From contig JANNIY010000168.1 in assembly GCA_031405455.1 (NCBI GenBank), positions 16,009 through 80,008 on the forward strand: DNA of 64,000 nt, written 5' to 3'. The notes under the pieces were generated by a model, which had not been told where the DNA came from, ran no database searches, and worked only from the letters and a program-made list of their open reading frames with translations. Position 1 is the stretch's first letter. The number at the start of each line of letters is the position of its first letter. Source of the DNA: Deltaproteobacteria bacterium (lineage in GTDB: Bacteria > Myxococcota_A > UBA9160 > SMWR01). The position numbers and the translations under genes are program-made. Positions 1 to 9,068 of this stretch are shown in pieces.

Positions 1-665
1 GAAAGCCCAAGCGCGAGCACCGCCCCGATCAGCAGCTCGGCGGCGCGGGTGTCGGTGCCGTAGTAGACGCGCGTCGTCGTCTGCTCCGGCGCGTGCAACC
101 AGGCAGTGAGCGCGAGCGAGGCCGCAGCGAGTGCCGCGAGCGCGCCCGCGAGGCGAGCGCGCGAGTCGCCGGCCCACCGGCAGAGGCCGAGAAACATCAG
201 TGGGAACACCAGGTAGAACTGTTCCTCGATCGAGAGGCTCCAGAAGTGCTGTACGGGCGAGGGCCGGCCGAAGAGTTCCTCGTAGGCGCGCCCGGAGAAC
301 AGGAACTGCCAGTTCGCGGCGTAGAAAAGGCTCGCGAGACTGTCGGCCCGCAGACGCCAGAGCTGCTGCGGATCGGCGGCCCAGGCGCCATAGAGTGCGA
401 CCCCGAGCAGCGTCAGCAACGCCGCTGGCATCAGGCGTCGGAAACGCCGGGTCCAGAACTCCGCGAGTCCAATCCGGCGCGTCTCCTGGTATTCATCGAG
501 CAAAAGCGAGGTGATCAGAAAGCCCGAGAGCGTGAAGAAGGTGGAGACGCCGAGGAAGCCCCCGCTCGCCCAGCTCGACCCATTGTGGAAGGCGAGCACG
601 GCGGCCACCGAGAGCCCGCGGATGCCATCCAGTGCCGGGAGATGGGGGAATCGGCGTTGCGGCAT
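1..665 (-). CDS. Acyltransferase family 3 (OafA/YrhL-type membrane O-acyltransferase), partial; C-terminus lies left of the window
   Basis: Absent from the ORF track because it runs off the edge. My minus-strand translation from ATG 665 reads MPQRRFPHLPALDGIRGLSVAAVLAFHNGSSWASGGFLGVSTFFTLSGFLITSLL...HFWSLSIEEQFYLVFP, the typical acyltransferase_3 N-terminus. High GC3 in this frame. Confidence 0.8.
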   Translation of the reverse strand, partial: MPQRRFPHLPALDGIRGLSVAAVLAFHNGSSWASGGFLGVSTFFTLSGFLITSLLLDEYQETRRIGLAEFWTRRFRRLMPAALLTLLGVALYGAWAADPQQLWRLRADSLASLFYAANWQFLFSGRAYEELFGRPSPVQHFWSLSIEEQFYLVFPLMFLGLCRWAGDSRARLAGALAALAAASLALTAWLHAPEQTTTRVYYGTDTRAAELLIGAVLALGL

Positions 666-710
666 TCGACGTCCTACGGCAGCGCAGCGAGGCAGTCTGC
701 GGCGCCGGAT

Positions 711-2081
711 TCAGAAGCTCAATCCGAAACCGGCGGAGACGTTGACGCCATCTTCCGAAAACCCCACGTCGACGCGGAAGGGGGCCGCCCGCTCGAGACT
801 CGCGCGCAACCCCACGCCATAGCTCGAGCGCACGGGACTCCCGAACAAGCGCGAGCCGTCCTTCGCTACCGCTCCGGCCTCGTAGAAGATCGCCGCCCCA
901 AAACGCTCGACCCGGATGGCGTCGGTGAACGGAATTGGAAAGCCGCGCGGGAGCAGCCAGAAGCGGTACTCGAGCGTCAGGTCCCAGCTCGCACGGTCGC
1001 GCCAGCGCCCCGCGATGAAGCCCCGCAGGTCCTGCGAGCCACCCAGGCTGGGCAGGGCGAAGAAGGGCAGATCGCCGGACGTAAACTTCGATTTGAGCCC
1101 CAGCGCCAACACATCGGTAGGAGCGTTCTCCTCGGCGGAATCACCGCCGTCGTGAAACAACGCCGGCAGGGGAAAGATGCGCCCTCCGCTGACGCTCCAG
1201 ACGGCCCCGACGTCGCCGCCTTCCTGGAGCAGGGCCGCGTCGACCTCGCCCGCCGCGAACCAGCCGCGATAGGGGTTGATCTGGCTGTCGCGGGTGTCCC
1301 AGCGAAGGCCGGCGTGCAGGGTTCCCAACGAGTATGGGTCGGCCGCTTCGAAGAGCACGGGAAAGACGTCTTCCGTATTGGGCTCTCCAGAGACATGGCC
1401 AGCGCCGAGGTCGTGCCACTCGCCGCTGACGCCGAAACTCAGCACGAAATCGTCTCCGGGATCCGGCAATGTGTGGTCGAAGCCAAGTTCGAAGTAGCCG
1501 ACGGAATCGCGGTAGCTCGTTTCGTCGCTTTCGTTCGTCTTCGGACCGATCCCGAAGAAGCGGCGCGTGAGCGAGCGGCTATAACCTCCCGCTGCGCGCA
1601 CGAGGCTGCGCTCTTCTAGCAACACACCGCCGTCCGGCAGTTCCCGGTGATGGAGCCACCGGCGCCAGACGAACGTGTAGTTCTGTTGCCCCTCCGTCGT
1701 GTACGACAGAAAAGCGCCAGCAAACTCACGCCTGCGCTGTTCGCGGAAGTCGATGTCGACCAGCGCCACGCCGAAGCCGGTTCCGACGTCACCATCGTAG
1801 AAGACGAAAGGCGCGATCATGCTGCTCACGAGAAAGCGCTCGAAGACGTTGCCCGGCTTGAGCCTTCCCTCCGGGATGTAGCGCCAGCGCTCCGGGTTCG
1901 GGAGATCCGGTGGGCGCAGAATGGCGGGAATGCGGCCATCCGGGTCGATGCCCTGCAAGGGATCGAAAACAGGCGCGGCGGCGGCGGCCGCGGGACCCGC
2001 CAGATCGCCGTCATCCGCCCGCGCGGCGCCGACCATCAGAACCAGCAGGAACATGAGGCTTCGGATCGGCCGCACCCACAC
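711..2081 (-). CDS. Omp85/BamA-superfamily outer-membrane beta-barrel protein (bacterial surface antigen D15-like), no obvious POTRA repeats
   Basis: Last 456 codons of track ORF 711..3497(-). Signal peptide (M)WVRPIRSLMFLLVLMVGAARA/DD from GTG 2081; GTG 2075 or ATG 2054 are alternatives. LGGSQDLRGF loop-6-like motif, amphipathic beta pattern, C-terminal ...GFGLSF ending in Phe. Confidence 0.8.
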   Translation of the reverse strand: MWVRPIRSLMFLLVLMVGAARADDGDLAGPAAAAAAPVFDPLQGIDPDGRIPAILRPPDLPNPERWRYIPEGRLKPGNVFERFLVSSMIAPFVFYDGDVGTGFGVALVDIDFREQRRREFAGAFLSYTTEGQQNYTFVWRRWLHHRELPDGGVLLEERSLVRAAGGYSRSLTRRFFGIGPKTNESDETSYRDSVGYFELGFDHTLPDPGDDFVLSFGVSGEWHDLGAGHVSGEPNTEDVFPVLFEAADPYSLGTLHAGLRWDTRDSQINPYRGWFAAGEVDAALLQEGGDVGAVWSVSGGRIFPLPALFHDGGDSAEENAPTDVLALGLKSKFTSGDLPFFALPSLGGSQDLRGFIAGRWRDRASWDLTLEYRFWLLPRGFPIPFTDAIRVERFGAAIFYEAGAVAKDGSRLFGSPVRSSYGVGLRASLERAAPFRVDVGFSEDGVNVSAGFGLSF

Positions 2082-2198
2082 CTTCGCTCTGGCCCCCCCG
2101 CTCTGGAATAGGCGATTCGCGTTTCGATTTCGATGCCCGGCGCTGCACGCCGCCGACTTCGTGAAGAGGCCGCCGGTGATCGCCGTTAGACTCCGCCC

Positions 2199-3422
2199 AT
2201 GATCCTTCACGAGCCGGAGGTATCCCGGGTCGACGGACGCACGCGTGTGCATGCGCGGATCGAAACGGCTCACCCGAAGCTGGCGGCGCTCGGAAGCCTC
2301 TGGTTCGAGGTGGACGCCGCGAACGGGCTGGTCGTCAGCGACCGCGCCGATCCATTTCTCGTCGCCATGACACCCATCGCCATGGCCTGCGGCGAACGCA
2401 TCGAAGTCCGGGGGCGGACGTCGCCGCGCCTCGCCTGGGGCATTCGCGAGTTCCAGCGGGTCCATTTCGCCTGGTGGCCGCGGCTCGTGAAGATCGTGGA
2501 CATAGCATATGCCGCGCTCGAGGAGCCTCCGCCATCGGAGCGCGGCTCCGGGGTTGCCGCCGCGTTTTCGGGCGGGGTCGACTCTTTGCATACGCTCTGG
2601 AGTCATACCGCAGAACGCGAGACGATCCCCGGGTATCGTCTCAGCCACGCGCTCCTCATCAACGGTTTCGATCTCGACGTCGATCTCGAAGACACCGGCC
2701 GATTCGATGTCCTCCGGTCGACGTACGCGCCGCTGCTCGCGCCGCTCGGCGTCGAGTTCGTGACGGTTCGGACCAATCTCCGGGACTACCGACACGCGGG
2801 AGTGAAAAAGAGCGGGTTGCTCCGCTCGTTCGGAACCGCGCTGATCGCGCCGGCGCTCGCGCTGAGTCCCACCCTCGGTCGCTTCTATCTCGCGTCGGCG
2901 CGCGGATACGCGCAATTCGAAGCGGACGGATCGAATCCAGCGACCGATCATCTGCTCGGAACTGCGGGGTTCCAGACGATCCACGACGGCGCCGGCGTCG
3001 CGTCGCGGTTCGAGAAGACCGCCGTCATCGCGGCCTGGCCCGAGGCGCTCGCGAGGCTTCGCGTCTGCTCGAATCCGTCGTGGCAGAATGTCAACGGCGA
3101 GCGGGGCGTGATCGACAACTGCGGAACCTGCAAGAAGTGCATCTGGACGCTGACGAGCCTCGAACTGATCACCGGACGCAAGACGTTTCCGACGTTTTGC
3201 CATCCGATCGCGCGTTCGGATCGCCGCCTTGCCGTGCGGGCGTCCCCGCTGCGCGCGGTCGAAATTCTGCGCGAAGCGCTCGCACGCGGCCGACGCGACA
3301 TTGCACACGACATCCGATGGGGGCGCGCGCGGGCGACACTCGAACGCTGGTTCGGTCTGGCCCGCCCGCACAGGAAGCAGCTCCGGACCAGCGCCATCGA
3401 GAGGCTCCTGCGGGGCGAATAG
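2199..3422 (+). CDS. PP-loop ATPase (adenine nucleotide alpha-hydrolase superfamily) with an unassigned ~120-aa N-terminal domain
   Basis: Track ORF 2199..3422. SGGVDS PP-loop motif (AAAFSGGVDSLHTLW) and a C-terminal CGTCKKC cysteine pair. Protein-like composition, unlike the overlapping frames. Confidence 0.7.
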   Translation: MILHEPEVSRVDGRTRVHARIETAHPKLAALGSLWFEVDAANGLVVSDRADPFLVAMTPIAMACGERIEVRGRTSPRLAWGIREFQRVHFAWWPRLVKIVDIAYAALEEPPPSERGSGVAAAFSGGVDSLHTLWSHTAERETIPGYRLSHALLINGFDLDVDLEDTGRFDVLRSTYAPLLAPLGVEFVTVRTNLRDYRHAGVKKSGLLRSFGTALIAPALALSPTLGRFYLASARGYAQFEADGSNPATDHLLGTAGFQTIHDGAGVASRFEKTAVIAAWPEALARLRVCSNPSWQNVNGERGVIDNCGTCKKCIWTLTSLELITGRKTFPTFCHPIARSDRRLAVRASPLRAVEILREALARGRRDIAHDIRWGRARATLERWFGLARPHRKQLRTSAIERLLRGE

Positions 3423-3450
3423 CGTCCGTTCCGGTTCGAGAGCCGCTAGG

Positions 3451-4248
3451 ATGGGGCGCAGACTTTGGGCCTGGATCGGCGAGCCGATGTTGGACACGTT
3501 CGACAGCTACGCAGACATCTTCACCGCGCGCGGCGACGCCTATCACGAGGCGATGACGCGCTGGCCGGACGCGCGAGCCGACGAACTGCAGCTGTTGCTC
3601 GACGCCTTGCAGCCGCGGGCAGGCGAGACGCTGGTCGACGCGCCGGCGGGCGGCGGCTACCTCGCCTCGCGGCTGGCGACGGACGTGCGCTACGTCGCCG
3701 TCGAGGCTGCGCGCCCGTTCTTCGACCGCTGCCCCGAAGATCTGCGCTGCACCCGGCTCCTGTGCCCGCTCGCGAAGATCGAACTTCCCGACCAATCGGC
3801 GGATCTCGTCACGTGCCTCACGGGCTTGCACCACGAGCCGGATGTCGGCGGCGCTCTCGCGGAGTTCGTCCGCATCCTGAAGCCCGGCGGCCGGCTCGGT
3901 CTCGCCGACGTCGGCCTCGGGTCCCCGCCGGATCGCTTTCTCAACGGCTTCGTTCACGAGCACAGCCAGACCGGCCATCGGGGCAGCTTTTTCGACGAGA
4001 CGCTCGCGAACGTGTTGCGAGAAGCGGGGCTCGGCGAGGTGAAGCTTGCCGTGGCTCCGCTGCGCTGGCGATTTCCCGACGCGCCCGCGATGGTCTCATT
4101 CGTGCGCCTGCTCTTCGGTGTCGATCGCGCCACCGACGCCGGGATCCACCGCGCAATCGACGCGTTGCTCGGAACCGAGCGGCTGCCGGACGGAGGCATC
4201 GCACTGCGCTGGGAGCTCCTCGTGGCGACCGGCCAAAAACCGCGCTGA
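3451..4248 (+). CDS. Class I SAM-dependent methyltransferase
   Basis: In-frame part of track ORF 3229..4248. Motif I LVDAPAGGGYLASRL, post-I/II region DLVTCLTGLHHEPD and LKPGGRL. Start is ATG 3451 or ATG 3487 (MLDTFDSY...); I cannot choose between them. Confidence 0.8.
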   Translation: MGRRLWAWIGEPMLDTFDSYADIFTARGDAYHEAMTRWPDARADELQLLLDALQPRAGETLVDAPAGGGYLASRLATDVRYVAVEAARPFFDRCPEDLRCTRLLCPLAKIELPDQSADLVTCLTGLHHEPDVGGALAEFVRILKPGGRLGLADVGLGSPPDRFLNGFVHEHSQTGHRGSFFDETLANVLREAGLGEVKLAVAPLRWRFPDAPAMVSFVRLLFGVDRATDAGIHRAIDALLGTERLPDGGIALRWELLVATGQKPR

Positions 4249-4254
4249 AACCCG

Positions 4255-5277
4255 ATGTCTCGCCGCCTGCGAACGCTTGAGCTCTGGATCTCGGATCGCC
4301 TCTACACCGCAGCCCGTCGTGCGAGCGGCCGCCGGATTCTGGTATTGCGCCACAGCGACCAGCTTCCCCACTACAACGACGATCTCCTCGCCTGGCTGCG
4401 GCGCACGGCGCCGGAGGCGGCGAGCTTGTTCGAGCTGCGCCGCGTCGGTTTCGTGCCGAAGGATCCCGCCCGCTACGCGCTGTTCGTGCCCTGGCTCCAG
4501 GATCCCCTGCGCGAGCGTTTCCCGCAGGCGTACGCCCTCGCGAAGCGGGTCGAAGAGTCGATCCTCGGCGCCGGCGGCGGCGTCGTGAACCCGGTGGATC
4601 ATCTGTCGAACGGGATCAAGACGCGGGCATCCGCGCGCCTGCGGGACGCCGGTGTGCCGATGCCGAAGGTCGTGCCGATCGCCGCCCCGTGGACGCTGCC
4701 GGAGGGTCTCGCGTTTCCGGTGATCGCGCGGGAGGATCGCCGGCATGGCGGCCCGATGCGCCTGTGCCGCAACGAACAGGAGCTGGCGGACGTCGCCTGG
4801 CACGAGATTCACGAGCCGGTCGTCGTCGCGTACCGCGACGTGCGAAGCGAGGACGGTCGCTTCCGCAAATGGCGTTGCGTGGTTGCAGGCGAGCGCGCCA
4901 CGCCGCGACATCTCGTGATCAGCCGGCGCTGGGTGGTGAAGGCGCAACGGCGCGTGAAGGACGCATCCGCGATCGCCGAGGAACTCAGCTACACCCGCTC
5001 GAGCGAAGATCCACACCGAGAGGTTCTGGTTCGGGGCGCGAAGGCGCTGGGCCTCGAGGTCGTCACTTTCGACTACGCGCTGACGCAGGGGGGCGATCTC
5101 GTCGTCTTCGAGCCGAACCCCTTTGCGACGCTGTGGGCGCCCTTCAACGCAGACGCCCGCTACGACTACCAGCGCCCGTGCGTCGAGCGGCTTTACGCCA
5201 TGCTCTGCGCCTACTGGCTCGAGCGGTCGGGGCTGTTGCCAGACGTCGGCAAGGAACTGCTCGCGCTCGCCGACTGA
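4255..5277 (+). CDS. ATP-grasp fold protein (RimK / glutamate-ligase-like)
   Basis: Track ORF 4255..5277, 6 bp after the methyltransferase stop. ATP-grasp-like blocks: FPVIAREDRRHGGPMRLCRNEQEL, VVVAYRDVRSEDGRFRKWRCVVAG, and LGLEVVTFDYALTQGGDLVVFEPNP (E-x-N metal site). Confidence 0.6.
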   Translation: MSRRLRTLELWISDRLYTAARRASGRRILVLRHSDQLPHYNDDLLAWLRRTAPEAASLFELRRVGFVPKDPARYALFVPWLQDPLRERFPQAYALAKRVEESILGAGGGVVNPVDHLSNGIKTRASARLRDAGVPMPKVVPIAAPWTLPEGLAFPVIAREDRRHGGPMRLCRNEQELADVAWHEIHEPVVVAYRDVRSEDGRFRKWRCVVAGERATPRHLVISRRWVVKAQRRVKDASAIAEELSYTRSSEDPHREVLVRGAKALGLEVVTFDYALTQGGDLVVFEPNPFATLWAPFNADARYDYQRPCVERLYAMLCAYWLERSGLLPDVGKELLALAD

Positions 5278-5411
5278 ACCCTCGCGGGACAGCCGGGAGA
5301 TTCGACGAGACGGATCACCCCAGGCAGGCGGGGCGTGGCGACTCAGCGGAACGTGCGCGGAGCGTTCGGCTCGCTGCACACGCTTTCTGGATGGAACGCC
5401 ACTTGCTTGCG

Positions 5412-6647
5412 ATGAGCGAGGCTCCCGCGCTGCGGGGAGCCTTCACACGCGATGGGGTGCTGGTGATGATCGAATACGACCCGTTCAGCGACGAGGCCCT
5501 CGACGATCCGCTTCCGATCTACCGGAGACTGCGAGACGAGGCTCCAGTCCATTACATGGGCGAGTTCGATTGCTGGGCGCTTTCGCGCTTCGAAGACATC
5601 TGGGAGCAGACGGGAGACGCCACTTCCTACTCGGCGGCGGCGCGCGGGACCACTCCGGCGCACCTGCTGACGGCCCAGCTCCCCGTTTTTCCGAGCGTGA
5701 ACCTGATGGATCCGCCGGAGCACACGCGCAACCGGGCGCTGATCAGCGGCGCCTTCAAGCCGCGGCGGGTCGCGACACTCGCGCCGCTCGTGCGTGAGAT
5801 CGTCGGCCGTCACATCGACGCCGTGGCAGAACGCGGCGCGTGTGATCTCGTGGGAGATTTCATCGCGAAGGTCTCGATGGAGGTGTCCTGCAACCTATTG
5901 GGCCTGCCGGTCGAAGACGGGGATTTTCTCAACGGCCTGGTGAACCGGTTCTTCGAGCGCGAACGCGGCCGCCGCGGCATGACCGAGAACGGCCTCGCTG
6001 CTGCAAACGAGCTGAACGAGTATCTCGCGAGAATCGTCCGCGAGCGGCGCCGGTCACCGGTCGCTGGCGACGTTCTCATCAACGCCTACCTGGGCGCCGA
6101 GTTCGACGGCAAGCCGCTGCCGGAAGAAAACATCGCCTCCCAGATGGCGACGCTCGTGATCGGCAGCACCGACAGTTTCCCGAAGATCTTCGCGGCCGGG
6201 CTGCTCGCGCTGCATCGCAATCCGAGCCAGCGCGCCGAGCTGGTCAGGGATCGCAGCGGCGTCCGCGCGGCCTTCCAGGAGATCCTGCGGTATGGGATGC
6301 CGACACAGATGCTGGGCCGGACCCTCACCCGCGATGTCGTGCTGCATGGCGAGACGATGAAGTCCGGACAGGCGGTGCTCTTCCTCTTCGTATCCGCCAA
6401 TCGCGATGAGCGGGAGTTCGCCGATCCGGATCGCTTCGACATTCAGCGGAACGCCAAACGCACCCTGACCTTCGGCCATGGGAATCACGCCTGCCTCGGC
6501 ACGCACATCGCAGCGCTCGAGGGCGAGATCGCGCTCGGCGCGGTCCTCGACCGCATCCCGGACTACTCGCTCGACGAATCCCGCATCGAGTGGCTCCGCT
6601 CCGAGTTCGTCGCCGGAATCAGCTCCCTGCCTGCGACGTACGGCTGA
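5412..6647 (+). CDS. Cytochrome P450
   Basis: C-terminal 411 codons of track ORF 4689..6647. Heme-Cys loop FGHGNHACLG, EILR (ExxR), and an N-terminal YDPFSDEALDDPLPIYRRLRDEAPVHY typical of bacterial CYPs. ATG 5391 and ATG 5466 are alternative starts. Confidence 0.9.
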   Translation: MSEAPALRGAFTRDGVLVMIEYDPFSDEALDDPLPIYRRLRDEAPVHYMGEFDCWALSRFEDIWEQTGDATSYSAAARGTTPAHLLTAQLPVFPSVNLMDPPEHTRNRALISGAFKPRRVATLAPLVREIVGRHIDAVAERGACDLVGDFIAKVSMEVSCNLLGLPVEDGDFLNGLVNRFFERERGRRGMTENGLAAANELNEYLARIVRERRRSPVAGDVLINAYLGAEFDGKPLPEENIASQMATLVIGSTDSFPKIFAAGLLALHRNPSQRAELVRDRSGVRAAFQEILRYGMPTQMLGRTLTRDVVLHGETMKSGQAVLFLFVSANRDEREFADPDRFDIQRNAKRTLTFGHGNHACLGTHIAALEGEIALGAVLDRIPDYSLDESRIEWLRSEFVAGISSLPATYG

Positions 6648-9057
6648 GATCCCCGCGATCCACGCCGAGGAGTGTCCGAACGCGCGCCGCGACCTCCTCC
6701 CATTCCCGCATCGGGGGCGGCGGCGTGAGATCGAGGGTTCCACCCAGGGGCCGCGCCAATTCCCGGCGCACGAGTTCCCGGTGCAGCTCGCCGACGTCTC
6801 GCGGCGGGCGCACGATCGCCCGCTCGACGAGTCGCGCGCACAGGTATTCGATGCCCTGTTGCGGGCGCACCGTCCCCTTGCCCTGCTTGCGTGGACGCGC
6901 CGTGGCGCGCCGCATCACCCACTCGGCGACGCGTCTGCGCGGCCCTGCAGCCCGTTCGGGAACGAGCGCGATGTAAACCGGTTTCAGCGTCGACACCGCA
7001 TCGGCGAGCATCGACTCGCTGTCACCGGTCACGACGATCACATCGGCCGCGCCGAGCAGGGCGTAATACGGATTGTCGGAGTCGCCGCGGCGCCAGCGGT
7101 AGAGGAGCGCCGCCGCACCGAGCCCAGTCGCGAGCGCATCCGTCGCCTCTGCGCCCGTGCGCGGGCTCGTGGTCGCGAGGACGGAGCCGCCCGCAGCGAG
7201 CGCGAACGCGGCCGTCTCGCGTCCGATGCGCCGCGCCGTCTCCGTGTCGAGCCGATGCATCGCCGACGACCCCCCCACGAGCAGCGCCACGCGAGGGCGA
7301 GAAGCATCGCGCCAGATCTCGCGGCAACGCTCGGCCGCTTCGGCGAGCGCCGTCGGGCTCACGGCGCTGAACGGGATCAACGTCTCGATGCGGCGCGGGT
7401 GAGATGGCAATCGAAAATGGGAGCAGGTCACCGTCAGGTCGAAACGGTCGGCGACATCGCCGCCCTTGCGTCCCAACTGTACGAGCCGACTCCGGCCGCG
7501 GCTCCTGCTTCCGATCCAGCGCGCCACCGGCGCCGTGCGGCGCCCGGTCGCGATCACGAGCTCGGGCCAGGGCGGCGCGAGCTGCGCCGTACTCCCCGGG
7601 TGCAGCCCGAGGCGCGTTCCAGCGAGCAGGTGATTCGAGAGGCGATTGAGCGACGTGAATCGCAGCGCCTTCCTTTCGAAGGGCCAGCCGAGCGTCGTGG
7701 CAAATCCGATCGACTGCGTCGTATGACCCACCTTGTCATCCGTCAACACCCACACACGCGGAGAACCGCCGGAGCGCGGTCCGCCCTCGCGCAGCCAGAT
7801 GTGCTCGCGCCCGAAGGCGCGCGGTGTGCGCAACACGAGTCGCCAACGCAGCAGCGGCCGGGCTGCCGCGGCGGCTTCGAAGTGGGCGAGCCAGAAGGCT
7901 GCACCACGGCGCGGCGCTTCGAAAAGGCTGCCGTCCGCGAGCCGCGTTGGCATCGGGTCCAGGAAAACGTCGGCGGCGACCAGACGCCGCGCGTGACGGA
8001 AGAGTTCCCCCACGAACCAGGGCGCATCTTCATCCGGCACGCGCTCGAGCGCGTCATGACATATGACAGCGTCAAACGCTTCAGAGGGCGGCTTCGCCAG
8101 CGCGGGAACCGCCGGATCCCAGACGGCCGAACGGCGCTCGGAGCCGCCGCTCCGAGTGGGCGCCGCCGGGCGCGCAGGCGGGGCATTCCCGAGTGAAATC
8201 TCGAGAACCGTGTCGGCGCCCACCTCGACGAGCGCGTCGGCCAGGTCCGGCGGCGCGAGCGTCGCCGCCGCCGGCGCCCTTGCCAGGCGTTCGAGCAGCG
8301 CGAGCCACCCGGAACTCGGCCGCGCGGCGCTGAAGACCTGGAAACCCGCCTGGTCCGCGGAGCGCTCGAGCTCGCTCCAGACTTCGCCGACAGGATTGCG
8401 CTGATAGACGAAGCGCTCGGGAAACGGTTGCCACGGTTGCGTATGAATCGTCGTGTAGTGCAGAACGCACGTTCGGTTCGGCACGTACTCGTCATCGCGC
8501 GCGTTCCACTCGGGCGCGAGCGGGCCCCACCAGGACTCAGCGCTCTTCTCGATCGCCTTGCGGCGGCGGGCTCGCACGAACGCGGGCGCCCACGGGCTCG
8601 CCATGCGGACGCAATCAATCAACATTACAGAAGTGTCGGACCGGTGGATCGAGAGGTAGCCATGGCCGCCCATGTCGAGATCGAAGAGCAGCGCCGGATC
8701 CGCGAGATAGATCTGGTCGACATCGTTGTAGATCGCGCGGCCGGAAGAGCCCGCGAGCGCGGGGATCGCGAAACGGTAATTGGTGAATCCCGTGAGCCAG
8801 CGCCTGCGGTCGAAGCCCGCGAGGTCCCGCATCAAGTGGATCTCATAGGCACGCGAGGGATCGCGCACCCGCTCGACCGACCAGACGAACACGCGCTCCG
8901 CGCGGTGCTGACCAGTCTCGGTTCCCACGAAGATGCTCACGGGCGGACGGGTGTCGCCGGCACGCGCGTCGCGCGCGGGCAGCGTGATCCGCTCGGCGCG
9001 CGTACGGGTTCCTGGCCGCGCGTACGCTACCGAACCACGCCCGAGGCCCCGTCGCAT
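6619..9057 (-). CDS. Three-domain protein: GT8-like glycosyltransferase / class-I methyltransferase-like region / ELM1 (DUF1022, mitochondrial-fission ELM1-like, probably GT-B) domain
   Basis: Track ORF 6619..9057, 812 aa. N-terminal: SIFVGTE..., NYRFAIPAL, YNDVDQIYLADP (DxD). Middle: VLEISLG...AFDAVICHDALERVPDEDAPWFVGELFRHARRLV. C-terminal: RVWVLTDDKVGHTTQSIGFATTLGWPFERKALRF...VIVVTGDSESMLADA. Confidence 0.75.
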   Translation of the reverse strand: MRRGLGRGSVAYARPGTRTRAERITLPARDARAGDTRPPVSIFVGTETGQHRAERVFVWSVERVRDPSRAYEIHLMRDLAGFDRRRWLTGFTNYRFAIPALAGSSGRAIYNDVDQIYLADPALLFDLDMGGHGYLSIHRSDTSVMLIDCVRMASPWAPAFVRARRRKAIEKSAESWWGPLAPEWNARDDEYVPNRTCVLHYTTIHTQPWQPFPERFVYQRNPVGEVWSELERSADQAGFQVFSAARPSSGWLALLERLARAPAAATLAPPDLADALVEVGADTVLEISLGNAPPARPAAPTRSGGSERRSAVWDPAVPALAKPPSEAFDAVICHDALERVPDEDAPWFVGELFRHARRLVAADVFLDPMPTRLADGSLFEAPRRGAAFWLAHFEAAAAARPLLRWRLVLRTPRAFGREHIWLREGGPRSGGSPRVWVLTDDKVGHTTQSIGFATTLGWPFERKALRFTSLNRLSNHLLAGTRLGLHPGSTAQLAPPWPELVIATGRRTAPVARWIGSRSRGRSRLVQLGRKGGDVADRFDLTVTCSHFRLPSHPRRIETLIPFSAVSPTALAEAAERCREIWRDASRPRVALLVGGSSAMHRLDTETARRIGRETAAFALAAGGSVLATTSPRTGAEATDALATGLGAAALLYRWRRGDSDNPYYALLGAADVIVVTGDSESMLADAVSTLKPVYIALVPERAAGPRRRVAEWVMRRATARPRKQGKGTVRPQQGIEYLCARLVERAIVRPPRDVGELHRELVRRELARPLGGTLDLTPPPPMREWEEVAARVRTLLGVDRGDLSRTSQAGS

Positions 9058-9068
9058 CTTCGAACGAC

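Noticed and set aside
93-1619. 508-aa + strand ORF and other long ORFs on the opposite strand of confidently assigned genes. Examples: 16342-18700(+), 22446-24116(+), 26400-28790(+), 40071-41666(+), 43840-44829(+), 52023-53561(+), 53734-55584(+), 54404-55906(-), 55485-57641(-), 9907-10962(+), 11047-12009(+), 60785-62257(+), 62239-63486(+).
   Set aside because: Their translations are Arg/Ala/Pro/Gly-rich low-complexity strings with no recognisable motifs. They mirror genes with clear family signatures. In ~70% GC DNA, stop codons are rare in the antisense frames, so these are shadow ORFs.
2082-3497. N-terminal extensions offered by the ORF track for several genes. Examples: 711..3497, 4689..6647, 24878..26284, 41725..42654, 42458..43945, 47924..49033, 52515..54077, 54934..56340, 59423..60784, 20628..21797.
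   Set aside because: The extensions overlap neighbouring real genes or spacers, lack family similarity and have poor composition. Internal ATG or GTG codons with Shine-Dalgarno motifs and canonical family N-termini give the expected protein lengths.
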